Source of the DNA: Acholeplasmatales bacterium | Lineage (GTDB): Bacteria; Bacillota_I; Bacilli_A; Acholeplasmatales; JAEDCM01 | Assembly (NCBI GenBank): GCA_017961685.1 | Contig: JAGCWW010000084.1 | Location: 8,450 to 72,449 of the forward strand | Reading direction: 5' to 3' | Length of the DNA stretch: 64,000 nucleotides | Translations under genes and position numbers: made by a program | Shown: positions 9,748 to 18,653 of the stretch, piece after piece | Layout: the number at the start of each line of letters is the position of its first letter | How positions within the stretch are numbered: the first letter of the stretch is position 1 | The notes under the pieces: generated by a model | What the model was told of the DNA's origin: nothing | What the model saw: the letters and a program-made list of their open reading frames with translations, nothing else | The model's database searches: none

Positions 9748-9759
9748 AAACTTAATACT

Positions 9760-10383
9760 ATGAATGATTTACAGACAATCAATGAGATTGTCAATGAAAG
9801 TGTTAGAAATTCTTCCTATGTAACTGTAATTATTTCTAGTTGTATTTTTATTATTTATACTATTATTGTAAGACTTATTGATTATTTTAAAGCTAAAAAT
9901 AAAAATAAAAGTCTTTATGAAATGGCAATAGCAATTAAAGAAAATACAGCTAATGTAATTAAACTTAATAGCATTTTAGATAAAACATTAAAAGATGCTG
10001 AGAAGAAAGAACTTCGTCAATGTGAAAGAGCTATTGATTTAAGTTTTAAGGCTTTTGGATATAGACTTGCTCAAGAGTGTTCTGCTGTTATAGCTTATAA
10101 TAACATTGATGATAATAAAGAATTAATAGTTGGCAATATAAATAAATTAGTTAGTGCCGAATATTATAAATTATATTCTACTCTTTCAACTTACGAAATA
10201 AATGAAATAAATGTTTCAAACAAACTTAAAGAAGAATGGATAAAAGAAGTAGCTGATAGTCTTATAGCTATTGTCTATGATGGACAAGACGCTATTAATA
10301 GAATAACTCAAATTAACAATAGACTTAACATCTATATTAATGAGTATTCTACTTTTATTAACAATAAAGTTTTTAACACATAA
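9760..10383 (+). CDS. hypothetical protein with N-terminal transmembrane helix
   Basis: 207-aa ORF with a hydrophobic segment VTVIISSCIFIIYTIIVRLI. Confidence 0.6.
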   Translation: MNDLQTINEIVNESVRNSSYVTVIISSCIFIIYTIIVRLIDYFKAKNKNKSLYEMAIAIKENTANVIKLNSILDKTLKDAEKKELRQCERAIDLSFKAFGYRLAQECSAVIAYNNIDDNKELIVGNINKLVSAEYYKLYSTLSTYEINEINVSNKLKEEWIKEVADSLIAIVYDGQDAINRITQINNRLNIYINEYSTFINNKVFNT

Positions 10384-10388
10384 AGTTT

Positions 10389-10625
10389 ATGTTGTATGAT
10401 AAAGCCTTAAAACAAGCAATGCTTGATGTTCTTAATAATAGAGCGTCAAGCATTGCTAATTGTATTCAAGCATTGTTTGATGAAGGTTATATACCTAATA
10501 AAAATAAATTTACTATTCTTGATTGGTCTTCTATTCTTATAGATGCTTATGAAAACATAGATGTTTTGTCAAAAGAACAACACCAAAAACTTGATATTAT
10601 TTTTAATAGAGTATTAAAACTATGA
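10389..10625 (+). CDS. hypothetical protein
   Basis: 78-aa ATG ORF whose stop overlaps the next start (ATGA). Confidence 0.55.
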   Translation: MLYDKALKQAMLDVLNNRASSIANCIQALFDEGYIPNKNKFTILDWSSILIDAYENIDVLSKEQHQKLDIIFNRVLKL

Positions 10626-11380
10626 GTACAAATCTTCAACAAATAGAACCTGAATATATATATGTAACTATACCTGCTGAGTATATATGTGTATATCATC
10701 GTATTCTTGCAATGCTTGCAGATTATGGTGAAGATATGCTTAAAGATTGTAAAGCATCGTGTAAAGATAGGAATGTAAATGTTATTGAATGTTTTAATAT
10801 GTTTAATGCAGCTGTTGCTGCAAGAAAATTAAGTAAAGATAAACTTGCTGAAACTCTTATTAAATATATTAAAGCTAAAATAAATCAAATTTATAAAGGA
10901 CATGATAATTCTACATCTTTTGTATTTCCTATTGATGAAAATGGACAAATTAAAGCTTTTGTATCATGTGGAGAAAGACCTCGTTTTGAAATAAATCCTG
11001 ATGATGGTGCTTTATATGAACATAAGTTTAATAATGGATTTGATGAGCATTTTAAACTTGGTCCAGAAGATGAATCTACCGATGGAGAAGATGTAACACC
11101 CCCCGTAGAAGAAATTGGTTTAGTAATAGATTTTACTCCTGAATATCATCTTGTTGATGGCGAATATAAGCCTTGTGGTGATTTAGTTGTTAGATATAAT
11201 GGAGAATATATTGATCCTAATACTTGTATTATTCAATATTATTTTGATGACATTGTAGTATTAAGATTTAATGATGTTACTGGTTTAACAACAGGAACTC
11301 ATAACTTTAAAGTTGTTGTTACTTATAATAATGAAACTAAAATAGTAAATAAAGATTTATATTATGCAGCTATCAGTTGA
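10622..11380 (+). CDS. hypothetical tail-fibre-module protein
   Basis: 252-aa ORF translationally coupled to its neighbours. Confidence 0.6.
   Translation: MSTNLQQIEPEYIYVTIPAEYICVYHRILAMLADYGEDMLKDCKASCKDRNVNVIECFNMFNAAVAARKLSKDKLAETLIKYIKAKINQIYKGHDNSTSFVFPIDENGQIKAFVSCGERPRFEINPDDGALYEHKFNNGFDEHFKLGPEDESTDGEDVTPPVEEIGLVIDFTPEYHLVDGEYKPCGDLVVRYNGEYIDPNTCIIQYYFDDIVVLRFNDVTGLTTGTHNFKVVVTYNNETKIVNKDLYYAAIS
11099..11113 (-). repeat. YnTACGn motif copy
   Basis: CCCCCCGTAgaagaa, inside ORF 10622..11380 where it is read as T-P-P-V-E-E. Confidence 0.9.
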
Positions 11381-12341
11381 TAAATTAGGTAAAGTTGCTA
11401 TAACTGTAGAAGAAAATTATTGGTCTTTAGAAAAAGACTATGATAAACTTACTATAGTTGAGCAAGAAGGAGTTTTTGGTACTTTTATTAGTAGAAAGCC
11501 AGTTCCTGCTGGTACAGTTCTTACTAATAGAAAATATTGGATTCCTTTTAGTAGTTTAAAAGAAGAAATTGTATTACAATTTAATGAAATTGTAAATGAA
11601 GTCAGAGAGTTAGAAGTTAGTGTAGATGAAAAAGAAGCTGAAATATATAAAGCTATAGCTTCTATTGTTGCTGGTGGTGTAGCTCTTAAACAAAGTTTTG
11701 GAAATTCTGAAGAGTTTGGTATTAGTCAGAAAGTTCTTACAGAAAGTAGAGATGCTTTGCAGGCTCAGATAGATGCTATAATTAGTGATAAGGCTACCGT
11801 TAGTCTTGCTGTTTCTACTAGTACATTTATTGTTGGTGAAAGGACTTTTATTCTTACGGCAAGCACTAATACTAATGCTGAAACTATAGCCATTTATCAA
11901 AGTAATGTTGGTATTGCTATTGGTAGTGGAAAAACTTTGGTAAAAGAAGTTACAGTTAATCAAGCTACTGCTGGAAGTATTGGTTATACAGCTGAGTTTA
12001 CTTTTGCTGGAAATAATAAAAGAACTGCTAATGTTACGGTTTATTTTGTGAACAAAATTTATGTAGGAAGTGGAGCTGTTTATACAGATATTACTACAGA
12101 CTCTTATGCTGTTAGTGCTCGTAGGAGTCCTGCTGGTACATATAATGTTACTGTTGAACAGAATGGTCAATATATATTCTTTGTTATTCCTGCTACAATG
12201 AGTATTACCAAAGCCACTTTAAGTGGATTTGATTTCCCCTTAGAATCTCCTGTAACTGAAACTATAGACAATGTTTCGTATAAAGTTTACAAAAGTAGTA
12301 ATACTATTGATGCAGGTACTTATCAAATTGTAATTTCTTAA
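11364..12341 (+). CDS. tail fibre / Ig-like-repeat protein candidate
   Basis: 325-aa ORF. The beta-rich T/S/V/A sequence is typical of fibre or Ig-like domains, and it sits directly upstream of the large fibre gene. Confidence 0.45.
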   Translation: MQLSVDKLGKVAITVEENYWSLEKDYDKLTIVEQEGVFGTFISRKPVPAGTVLTNRKYWIPFSSLKEEIVLQFNEIVNEVRELEVSVDEKEAEIYKAIASIVAGGVALKQSFGNSEEFGISQKVLTESRDALQAQIDAIISDKATVSLAVSTSTFIVGERTFILTASTNTNAETIAIYQSNVGIAIGSGKTLVKEVTVNQATAGSIGYTAEFTFAGNNKRTANVTVYFVNKIYVGSGAVYTDITTDSYAVSARRSPAGTYNVTVEQNGQYIFFVIPATMSITKATLSGFDFPLESPVTETIDNVSYKVYKSSNTIDAGTYQIVIS

Positions 12342-12353
12342 ATACAAATAAAT

Positions 12354-15320
12354 ATGGCTGAAAATAAAAATATTGAAGTAGGAGGTCGTCTTCATAGTAT
12401 TGCTAGTGGCAATGTTCTTGCAGGTGCCGATGAAATATTTGATGATGCCAAGAATAAGAAACAAAGTGTAATAAACGCTGAAGTTGATAGTATACTTTCA
12501 ACTCATTCTAGTGTTATTGCTGGTCTTAATACTCAAAATTATGTTACTGTTACTGCAACAGAAGAAACAATGGATGTAACTGATGTTCTTCCTTCTGAAG
12601 ACCAAGCTACTGACACTGTTTACAGAGTTGGTTGTTGGAATGGTACAGAGTTTGATGAAAGTTCCTATAGTGAATATGCTTGGAACGGTTCTGCTTATGT
12701 TCATGTTAGTACAAAGACTCAAATAAGTGAAGTCTTTGATATTTCTGCGTATCACGCTAGTGGTGGTGAACTTGCTACTTATGATGATTTGACTGATGCT
12801 CTTGATGGTGGTAATAATATTCCACAATCTCTAAGAAAAGGTGGAATGGAGATTCGTTTCGTACAGACTTCTGACAATAAGTATGTGCAGTTCCGCTATA
12901 TGAGTTCTTCAACCGATGTCGCTGATTTTACAAATGTTGATAATTGGCAGAAGCAAGGCGCAGAAGTGACCATATCTCCAAATAGCCAATTAGGTGGATA
13001 TGACATAAATATCGGAGGTGATTCTACCAATGTTGCACCACAAACTATGATGAACATGTCTGATGGTGCTCTTTACAATGAATTTCCGATAGAGACTGGA
13101 GCCATTAGTAATACAACAGGTAAAGATTACGATTTAGCAAGAAGATGCAGGACGAAGAATTATTTACACACACCTTTTAACATTACTACAAAAGATGGTT
13201 ATATAATAAAGTCTGCTTATAGATATAGCAAATATGATTTGTCTTTTGTTGATTATATAGCAATAGAATCATCTATAGCAAGTATCACTAATAATAATTA
13301 TATATATCGAATTACTTTTGCGAAGTCCGACAACACAGATTTTGATGGAGAAACTTATGACGACATAATTAACGGTTTTAATGGTATAATCGGAATAATT
13401 ACACAAAATATAAGTACTAATGAAAGACAGATTGAATCTAACAATAAAGATACTTTCGGAGTTAAATTGTCGGGAACAGGCAATAATGACACTATAGTTG
13501 ATTTGGCTGTCAATTATCAAGTAGTCATTGGAAAAACATACGCGGTAAAGATAAAAGCATTAGATGATAGCGGAGTGACAGATGGGAAAAACATCTTCTT
13601 TATCCAAAACGCTGACTATTCTCAAACACTCGCATCAATAGTTAAAGGTAGCGGTGTAACATATCTTACATTTATGCCTGATGTGAATGTTATAAATATC
13701 CGATGCCGCGCTACAGTATCAACTGATGTTGGGGTTATTTTCGGAGGTTTGGATATTGAGGTTAAAAATAATACTCAAAGAATCCAAAACTTAGAAAGTA
13801 ATGTAAATTCCGTTAAGACATCTGTCAATGGTCTTTCCAACACAGTAGATGGATTGTTGGTAGATGGTACAGGTGCAGGAGACAGTCCTGTGACATTGTT
13901 GCAAGCATCTACAATAGCTGGAAAGAAATACTTCATAAAGATAAAAACTCTTGATGATAGTGGTGTTGGTAATGGCAAAAATAAATTGTTTGTTCAAAAT
14001 AGTGACTACCAACAAACAATATTGGGTGTTCCCAAAGGAGATACAGATACATTATTCTCTTTTGTTGCTATTGATAGTACGTCTTATATTAGATGCCGTG
14101 CTACAAATGGCACAAAAGTTGAGATACTGTATGACGGTCTTAAATACCATGTAAATGACAATACCGAAGAAATTGAATCGTTAAACCTTCATGTGAGTGG
14201 TAAAGAGGTAAAAGGCACTGGTGTTGGTGATAGTCCTGTAACATTGTATTCAGCAGACACTGTGGCTGGACATCAATATCTCTTGAAGATAATATCACTT
14301 AACGGAACTGGTATCACAGATGGTAAAAATGTGCTATATGTACAAGATAAAACGCATCAGACAACTCTTGCAGCCGTTCAAAAAGGAGTATCTGCTCAGT
14401 TTGTTGCGTTTACAGCAATAAACGAAATATCACATATTAAATGCCGTGCTACAAATGGGACAACTGTAAAATTAATATATGGTGGACTTGAGATAAGTAT
14501 TGATGAGAGGTTTGATAATATCAGCAAACAAATATCTATTGATAATTTAGATAAATTGCCGTCATTATCTGATATAATCCAGCCATCATTTGCCTTGAGT
14601 TTTGCAAGAATAATTACAGATTGGGGATTTGTTGGTGCAAGTTATGATAGTGGTGTCTTTGAGGATTACTCCACAAATCCAGTATCTTATGTTACAGATT
14701 ATTCAAAGTCTGTATGGCAGATATTCTGTAGTATTAACAATGTTCAAGGCTATAATTTCAGTGTAGGTGGACAAACAGCAAAGGGTTGGTGTACAAATCA
14801 AAATGAAAGGGCTTGGTATGGTGCGCAAAGTAGCCCCAAAAAAGGTTATACTATACAATTAGGTGGTAATGACTTGACAAATTATGACAAAGGAGATATT
14901 GGTTCATATCCTGTAGGAGACCCATCAACAGATATTGATTTTGCGGATTGGAATAACAACGCTGATACCTATTGTGGGTGGATAGCGGGAGTAATCCAAC
15001 GTATAAAGAGTATTGCACCATTGGCACCAATATTTATGCTCTCTATTAATAATAGACTATCTGGTAGTCATGATGTAGTCGGGTGGAATGCGGCACTACA
15101 GACTGTTATAAGTATGTGTAATACTCAGTTTGGTCAAGTTTACTATGTTGACCAGTTTGGTTATCCCGATTGGAGAAATGCCGAAGTTGCAAGACGTTAC
15201 TTGGTTGGTGGTCATCCAAATTTTGCTGGATATGTCTATCTTGCAGGTATGTTCAACAAACTTATAGATAACACCATTCGAGATAATATTTATGAATTTA
15301 GACTGATTCAATTTAATTAG
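12354..15320 (+). CDS. tail fibre/spike with three tandem domains and a C-terminal SGNH/GDSL-like esterase domain
   Basis: 988 aa. Three roughly 115-aa tandem repeats share KIK.LDDSG..DGKN..VQ...Q.T......G.......IRCRATNGT. The C-terminal blocks FVGASYDSG, LGGNDL (14862-14873 region) and GGHPNFAGY (His codon 15213-15215) match SGNH blocks I, III and V, recalled from memory. Confidence 0.6.
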   Translation: MAENKNIEVGGRLHSIASGNVLAGADEIFDDAKNKKQSVINAEVDSILSTHSSVIAGLNTQNYVTVTATEETMDVTDVLPSEDQATDTVYRVGCWNGTEFDESSYSEYAWNGSAYVHVSTKTQISEVFDISAYHASGGELATYDDLTDALDGGNNIPQSLRKGGMEIRFVQTSDNKYVQFRYMSSSTDVADFTNVDNWQKQGAEVTISPNSQLGGYDINIGGDSTNVAPQTMMNMSDGALYNEFPIETGAISNTTGKDYDLARRCRTKNYLHTPFNITTKDGYIIKSAYRYSKYDLSFVDYIAIESSIASITNNNYIYRITFAKSDNTDFDGETYDDIINGFNGIIGIITQNISTNERQIESNNKDTFGVKLSGTGNNDTIVDLAVNYQVVIGKTYAVKIKALDDSGVTDGKNIFFIQNADYSQTLASIVKGSGVTYLTFMPDVNVINIRCRATVSTDVGVIFGGLDIEVKNNTQRIQNLESNVNSVKTSVNGLSNTVDGLLVDGTGAGDSPVTLLQASTIAGKKYFIKIKTLDDSGVGNGKNKLFVQNSDYQQTILGVPKGDTDTLFSFVAIDSTSYIRCRATNGTKVEILYDGLKYHVNDNTEEIESLNLHVSGKEVKGTGVGDSPVTLYSADTVAGHQYLLKIISLNGTGITDGKNVLYVQDKTHQTTLAAVQKGVSAQFVAFTAINEISHIKCRATNGTTVKLIYGGLEISIDERFDNISKQISIDNLDKLPSLSDIIQPSFALSFARIITDWGFVGASYDSGVFEDYSTNPVSYVTDYSKSVWQIFCSINNVQGYNFSVGGQTAKGWCTNQNERAWYGAQSSPKKGYTIQLGGNDLTNYDKGDIGSYPVGDPSTDIDFADWNNNADTYCGWIAGVIQRIKSIAPLAPIFMLSINNRLSGSHDVVGWNAALQTVISMCNTQFGQVYYVDQFGYPDWRNAEVARRYLVGGHPNFAGYVYLAGMFNKLIDNTIRDNIYEFRLIQFN
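13473..14515 (+). repeat. three tandem ~350-bp domain repeats inside the fibre gene
   Basis: Repeat units begin near 13473 (GTGNNDTIV), 13863 (DGTGAGDSPV) and 14211 (KGTGVGDSPV). They are diverged at the DNA level. Confidence 0.8.
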
Positions 15321-15323
15321 TAA

Positions 15324-15381
15324 AGAGTTATTGTAATAACTCTGTACGAAAAGTGGGTATGATTTAATATTGTACCCACTT
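15324..15381 (+). terminator. two stem-loops after the fibre gene (putative terminator)
   Basis: agagttatt..aataactct (15324-15343) and aagtgggta..tacccactt (15351-15381). There is no clear T tract. Confidence 0.4.
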
Positions 15382-15628
15382 ATAAACAAAATTATATGAC
15401 TGAGTCTGTCGGTATTACTGCGCGTAATAAAGATAATACTTTTTATTAAATACTTTAGAATATGACATACAAAGAAGAAACTTATGTTCTTGATACTCTT
15501 AAAGAGATACAAGAATTTATTAGAAGTCCAGCATATAACAATATATAAAAAGTTCATGAGAATAATGGTATGTTAAAACAACTTTTGGCACTTGAGTTGT
15601 AAATACTAATTAATTAAAATTTAAAATT

Positions 15629-16033
15629 ATGGAAACAAAAGAAAATAAATCTATTACGTCTTGTTTTGTAACTAATTACATTTTACGAAAAACTGGAGAA
15701 CAAGTTGAAGTTATTGCTCATTATTCAGAAGAAAATGGCGCTAGAAGTGTAAACGATTGGGTTAGCTATATTGACTCAAAGGGTGTAGAACATATTAAAG
15801 AAAATCTTAATATCAGTTTTGACTTTATTGTTAAACCTGATATGCCAGAGTTTATAAAAAAGATATTTAACACACCTTCTGTTCCAGCTATGCCTGATAC
15901 AAATAATTATAGAATATTTGACCTGGCTAAAGAACTATATTTTAAACGTTACCTTCTCGCAAGAGAAGCAATAACTACTGCCAAAGAATTTGTTGAAACT
16001 TTTAATAGTATTATTGATGAAAAGTCAAAGTAA
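15629..16033 (+). CDS. hypothetical protein
   Basis: 134-aa ATG ORF, the first gene of the small-gene island. Confidence 0.6.
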   Translation: METKENKSITSCFVTNYILRKTGEQVEVIAHYSEENGARSVNDWVSYIDSKGVEHIKENLNISFDFIVKPDMPEFIKKIFNTPSVPAMPDTNNYRIFDLAKELYFKRYLLAREAITTAKEFVETFNSIIDEKSK

Positions 16034-16175
16034 ACTTATTGGTAATATAGCTCGTAGGGTAAATATTCCCTATTCTAAAGCAGTTGTTCTTCTTAGACAA
16101 TTAAGTAATAATAAAGACATTCAAACTAAATTGAGAGAGCAAAATGAAAAACAAATAGAACCGATTATATTCTAG
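16017..16175 (+). CDS. small hypothetical protein (52 aa)
   Basis: ATG at 16017; the track start at 15990 is a TTG. It overlaps the previous stop and ends at a TAG inside a 9-nt tandem duplication. Confidence 0.4.
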   Translation: MKSQSKLIGNIARRVNIPYSKAVVLLRQLSNNKDIQTKLREQNEKQIEPIIF

Positions 16176-16219
16176 ATATTCTAGAACGAATTAGAGATGA
16201 AACTCATCAAAATAATATT

Positions 16220-16357
16220 ATGTTGAAACAAATAATTAAAGCTATAAATACATATATTTCTAGACATCATCAAGAAAACGAAGATGATTTTATGAGAAAT
16301 GTTTTAGCTAATTTAATAAGTAGTGGATTTGATATTAAAAGAATTATTAAAAAATAA
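16220..16357 (+). CDS. small hypothetical protein (45 aa)
   Basis: ATG ORF MLKQIIKAINTYISRHHQENEDDF...KRIIKK. The stop abuts the next ATG, and the frame is open upstream to 16150 without an ATG. Confidence 0.3.
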   Translation: MLKQIIKAINTYISRHHQENEDDFMRNVLANLISSGFDIKRIIKK

Positions 16358-16678
16358 ATGGAAATTATTAATAATATTATAGAAACTACAATAAATAGTT
16401 TTGATTTTGTTTATTGTTTAATTGTCAATATTCTTACATATACTGTAATTAAAGTTATTGATGAACTTAATGGTAATAAGCCTATTAGTGTTTGGACTAA
16501 ACGTATAGTGTTATTAATCTGCATCCTCTTTACGGGGGGTCTATATTATACTATAGGCAAAGATTCAGAACTTCTTATAAATAGTGCTATTCTTACTCCT
16601 GTTAGTTGGTCTTGGATATTTAAACCTTTATGTATTAAATTTAATATTGACTATAAACAATTAAAAGAATTAGATTAA
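16358..16678 (+). CDS. small membrane protein (holin-like topology)
   Basis: 106 aa with 2-3 hydrophobic helices (FVYCLIVNILTYTVIKVI, IVLLICILFTGGLYYTI). Confidence 0.5.
   Translation: MEIINNIIETTINSFDFVYCLIVNILTYTVIKVIDELNGNKPISVWTKRIVLLICILFTGGLYYTIGKDSELLINSAILTPVSWSWIFKPLCIKFNIDYKQLKELD
16524..16539 (+). repeat. YnTACGn motif copy
   Basis: tcctcttTACGGGGGG, inside ORF 16358..16678 where it is read as L-F-T-G-G. Confidence 0.9.
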
Positions 16679-16721
16679 CAATTTTTAATATAAATAATTT
16701 TATATTATAGTGAAAATTGTT

Positions 16722-16729
16722 TAATTTTG
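16722..16729 (+). promoter_or_regulatory. possible -7 box TAATTTTG
   Basis: Matches TAnnTTTG 31 nt upstream of the ATG at 16760. No good TTTG -33 element is present. Confidence 0.3.
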
Positions 16730-16759
16730 CAAAGTATTAATTTTTAAATTATTAAGTTT

Positions 16760-16894
16760 ATGGCTAAATCAAGTAGTAAAAGTTCATCTAAAAGTAGTAG
16801 TTCTACTAAAAGTGCAAATAAACCTAAACCTATGACACCAAGAGCAGGTTTTACAGCTAATAGACGTCGTTATGGAGAAGGTGGAAAAGCATAA
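16760..16894 (+). CDS. small Ser/Lys-rich basic protein (44 aa)
   Basis: ATG ORF MAKSSSKSSSKSSSSTKSANKPKPMTPRAGFTANRRRYGEGGKA. It is below the track cutoff and is preceded by a -7-like box. Confidence 0.35.
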   Translation: MAKSSSKSSSKSSSSTKSANKPKPMTPRAGFTANRRRYGEGGKA

Positions 16895-17255
16895 ATATTT
16901 ATACAAGTTGGAATTAGTGTTACTAAAGATAATACCTATGCTTCTAGCATTGTGTTACTTTAGTAACACTATTCTTTCTATTTATGGGTATGATATACCA
17001 ATATTTTCAATATTTGCTGGTATGTCTATTTTTCCTATGATATTTTTATATATTTCTTCTTATGTTTTTAGATTTTGTGAATATCATAGAATGTTTTTAC
17101 ATTATGTAGTATTTAATGATGTGTTTGCTTGGATTGATTTTTATTACGATTTTCCATTTGAAAATAGAGATTATATAGCAATTCATCTTTCTATAGCTTG
17201 TATTTTCTTATTTATTATATTATACTTAAAGGTAAAAGTATGCAAAAAGTTTTAA
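16872..17255 (+). CDS. multi-pass membrane protein
   Basis: 127 aa with 3-4 hydrophobic helices. The true start may be an internal Met (MLLALCYF). Confidence 0.5.
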   Translation: MEKVEKHKYLYKLELVLLKIIPMLLALCYFSNTILSIYGYDIPIFSIFAGMSIFPMIFLYISSYVFRFCEYHRMFLHYVVFNDVFAWIDFYYDFPFENRDYIAIHLSIACIFLFIILYLKVKVCKKF

Positions 17256-17524
17256 CTAAACTTCTTACTAGAACTATGAGAGAAATAGCAGATAAAATTG
17301 ATGCTGGTAATTCTCATTTATCTGAAGAAGAACAATCTGAAATTCTTGCTATGCTTACACATACTGCTATGAGTGCTGAAGAAGTTTGTGAATATTTAAA
17401 TATATCTAGACCTACTTTAACTAATCATATTAGAGATGGACTTATTCCTAAAGGACGTAAACTTCGAGGTAGAAAAGAATTGATTTGGTATAAAGACGAA
17501 CTTATCAATGTAATTAAAAGCTAA
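17240..17524 (+). CDS. HTH (MerR/excisionase-type, HTH_17-like) DNA-binding protein
   Basis: ATG at 17240 (MQKVLTK). The C-terminal SAEEVCEYLNISRPTLTNHIRDGLIPKGRKLRGRKELIWYKDEL fits the excisionase-type HTH pattern. Confidence 0.55.
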   Translation: MQKVLTKLLTRTMREIADKIDAGNSHLSEEEQSEILAMLTHTAMSAEEVCEYLNISRPTLTNHIRDGLIPKGRKLRGRKELIWYKDELINVIKS

Positions 17525-17546
17525 CTTATTAAAAGTTAGCTTTTTC
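17519..17546 (+). terminator. rho-independent terminator
   Basis: agctaactt / aagttagct 9-bp stem with a 5-nt loop, followed by ttttt. Confidence 0.7.
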
Positions 17547-17567
17547 TGTTTTTATTTATCATTGTTT

Positions 17568-17596
17568 TATCTTTGTTAATATCAGTTATATCTTTG
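17568..17596 (+). promoter_or_regulatory. two tandem TATCTTTG (-7-type) boxes
   Basis: TAnnTTTG matches at 17568-17575 and 17589-17596, upstream of the ATG at 17665. The -33 elements are imperfect. Confidence 0.45.
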
Positions 17597-17664
17597 CAAT
17601 ATCTTCTTATTGCGCAATAGATGTAACTAATTTTATTTATTAACAAATTTAAAACAATGTTATT

Positions 17665-18633
17665 ATGGATAAAGACAATGTTCTTGTTTTTCCTGATGCA
17701 CTATCAAGAGGTGCTGTTGGTGGTATTGACCCTGCTCTTATGCTCGCTATTAATAACAATGGTGGTTTCGGTAACAATGGGTATTGGGTTTGGATACTCC
17801 TTATGTGGATGATGTATGGTAATAATGGTTGGGGTAATGGTTTTGGTGGAAACAATGGTACAGGTTTCCTTGCAAATCAACTCAACAACGATGCTGGTCG
17901 TGACCTTCTGCTTCAGGCTATTAATGGTCGTGCTGATGCTGCTGCTCAGATTGCACAGATTACTAATAATAGTGTAGAAAGTGTTAAAAATGCTTTGTTT
18001 ACTATTCAGTCTGCTATTCAGAGTGTTGGTGCTCAGGTTGGTATGAGTGGTCTTGAAACTATCAACGCTCTTCAGCTTGGTAATGCTACTCTTTCTCGTC
18101 AGATTTGTGAGTGTTGTTGCGAAAATCGTCTTGCTATTTGTCAGCAGACTAATGCTCTTCAGAGTACTATGGCAGCTAATCATGCTGAAGATATTCTTCG
18201 TTCCTCTCAAGCTCATGCTGAAGACCGTCTTGATGTTTGTCAGCAAACTAATGACCTTAAAACTCAAAGTATTGTAAATACTCAAGGTATTAAGGATATG
18301 ATTAATCAGCAGACTATCATGATTAATGATAAGTTCTGTGAGTTAGAAAAGAGGGAAATGCAGAATAAGATTGCTACTCAAGGTGATATTATAACTCAGC
18401 TTCGCAATCAGATTAGTAATGACCATCAGACACTTCAATTTAATAGTGCTTTCCATGCTCTTGATGACAAAATTGACGCTATTGCTGCAAAACAGCCTAA
18501 TACTGTTCCTGTACAGTGGCCTAATCTTGTAGCTGCAAATGCTACTCCTTATGTAGGTCAAAGCTATTATCCTGGCTTTTATGGTAATTATGGTGGCTGG
18601 GGTTCTGGTGTTAATGGTGGTGTAATACTTTAA
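17665..18633 (+). CDS. Gly/Asn/Trp-rich, Cys-containing coiled-coil protein of unknown function
   Basis: 322 aa. Termini are GNNGWGNGFGGNNGTGF and YYPGFYGNYGGWGSGVNGG. The core carries a repeated RL.(I/V)CQQTN.L motif and CECCCE. Codon bias suggests high expression. Confidence 0.65.
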   Translation: MDKDNVLVFPDALSRGAVGGIDPALMLAINNNGGFGNNGYWVWILLMWMMYGNNGWGNGFGGNNGTGFLANQLNNDAGRDLLLQAINGRADAAAQIAQITNNSVESVKNALFTIQSAIQSVGAQVGMSGLETINALQLGNATLSRQICECCCENRLAICQQTNALQSTMAANHAEDILRSSQAHAEDRLDVCQQTNDLKTQSIVNTQGIKDMINQQTIMINDKFCELEKREMQNKIATQGDIITQLRNQISNDHQTLQFNSAFHALDDKIDAIAAKQPNTVPVQWPNLVAANATPYVGQSYYPGFYGNYGGWGSGVNGGVIL

Positions 18634-18640
18634 TACGGAT

Positions 18641-18646
18641 AGGAGG
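18641..18646 (+). promoter_or_regulatory. strong Shine-Dalgarno AGGAGG
   Basis: aggagg lies 7 nt upstream of the ATG at 18654. Other genes in the window lack an obvious SD sequence. Confidence 0.6.
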
Positions 18647-18653
18647 TAAAAGT

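Noticed and set aside
13473-14515. The three repeats in the fibre gene as a DGR template/variable-repeat system.
   Set aside because: They are tandem, diverged at all base types and encode complete protein domains. There is no non-coding template copy, no adenine-specific mismatch pattern and no RT gene.
17240-17524. The excisionase-type HTH protein as evidence of a temperate lifestyle.
   Set aside because: No integrase, repressor or att-like sequence is present in the window. HTH_17-type domains are common in lytic-phage regulators.
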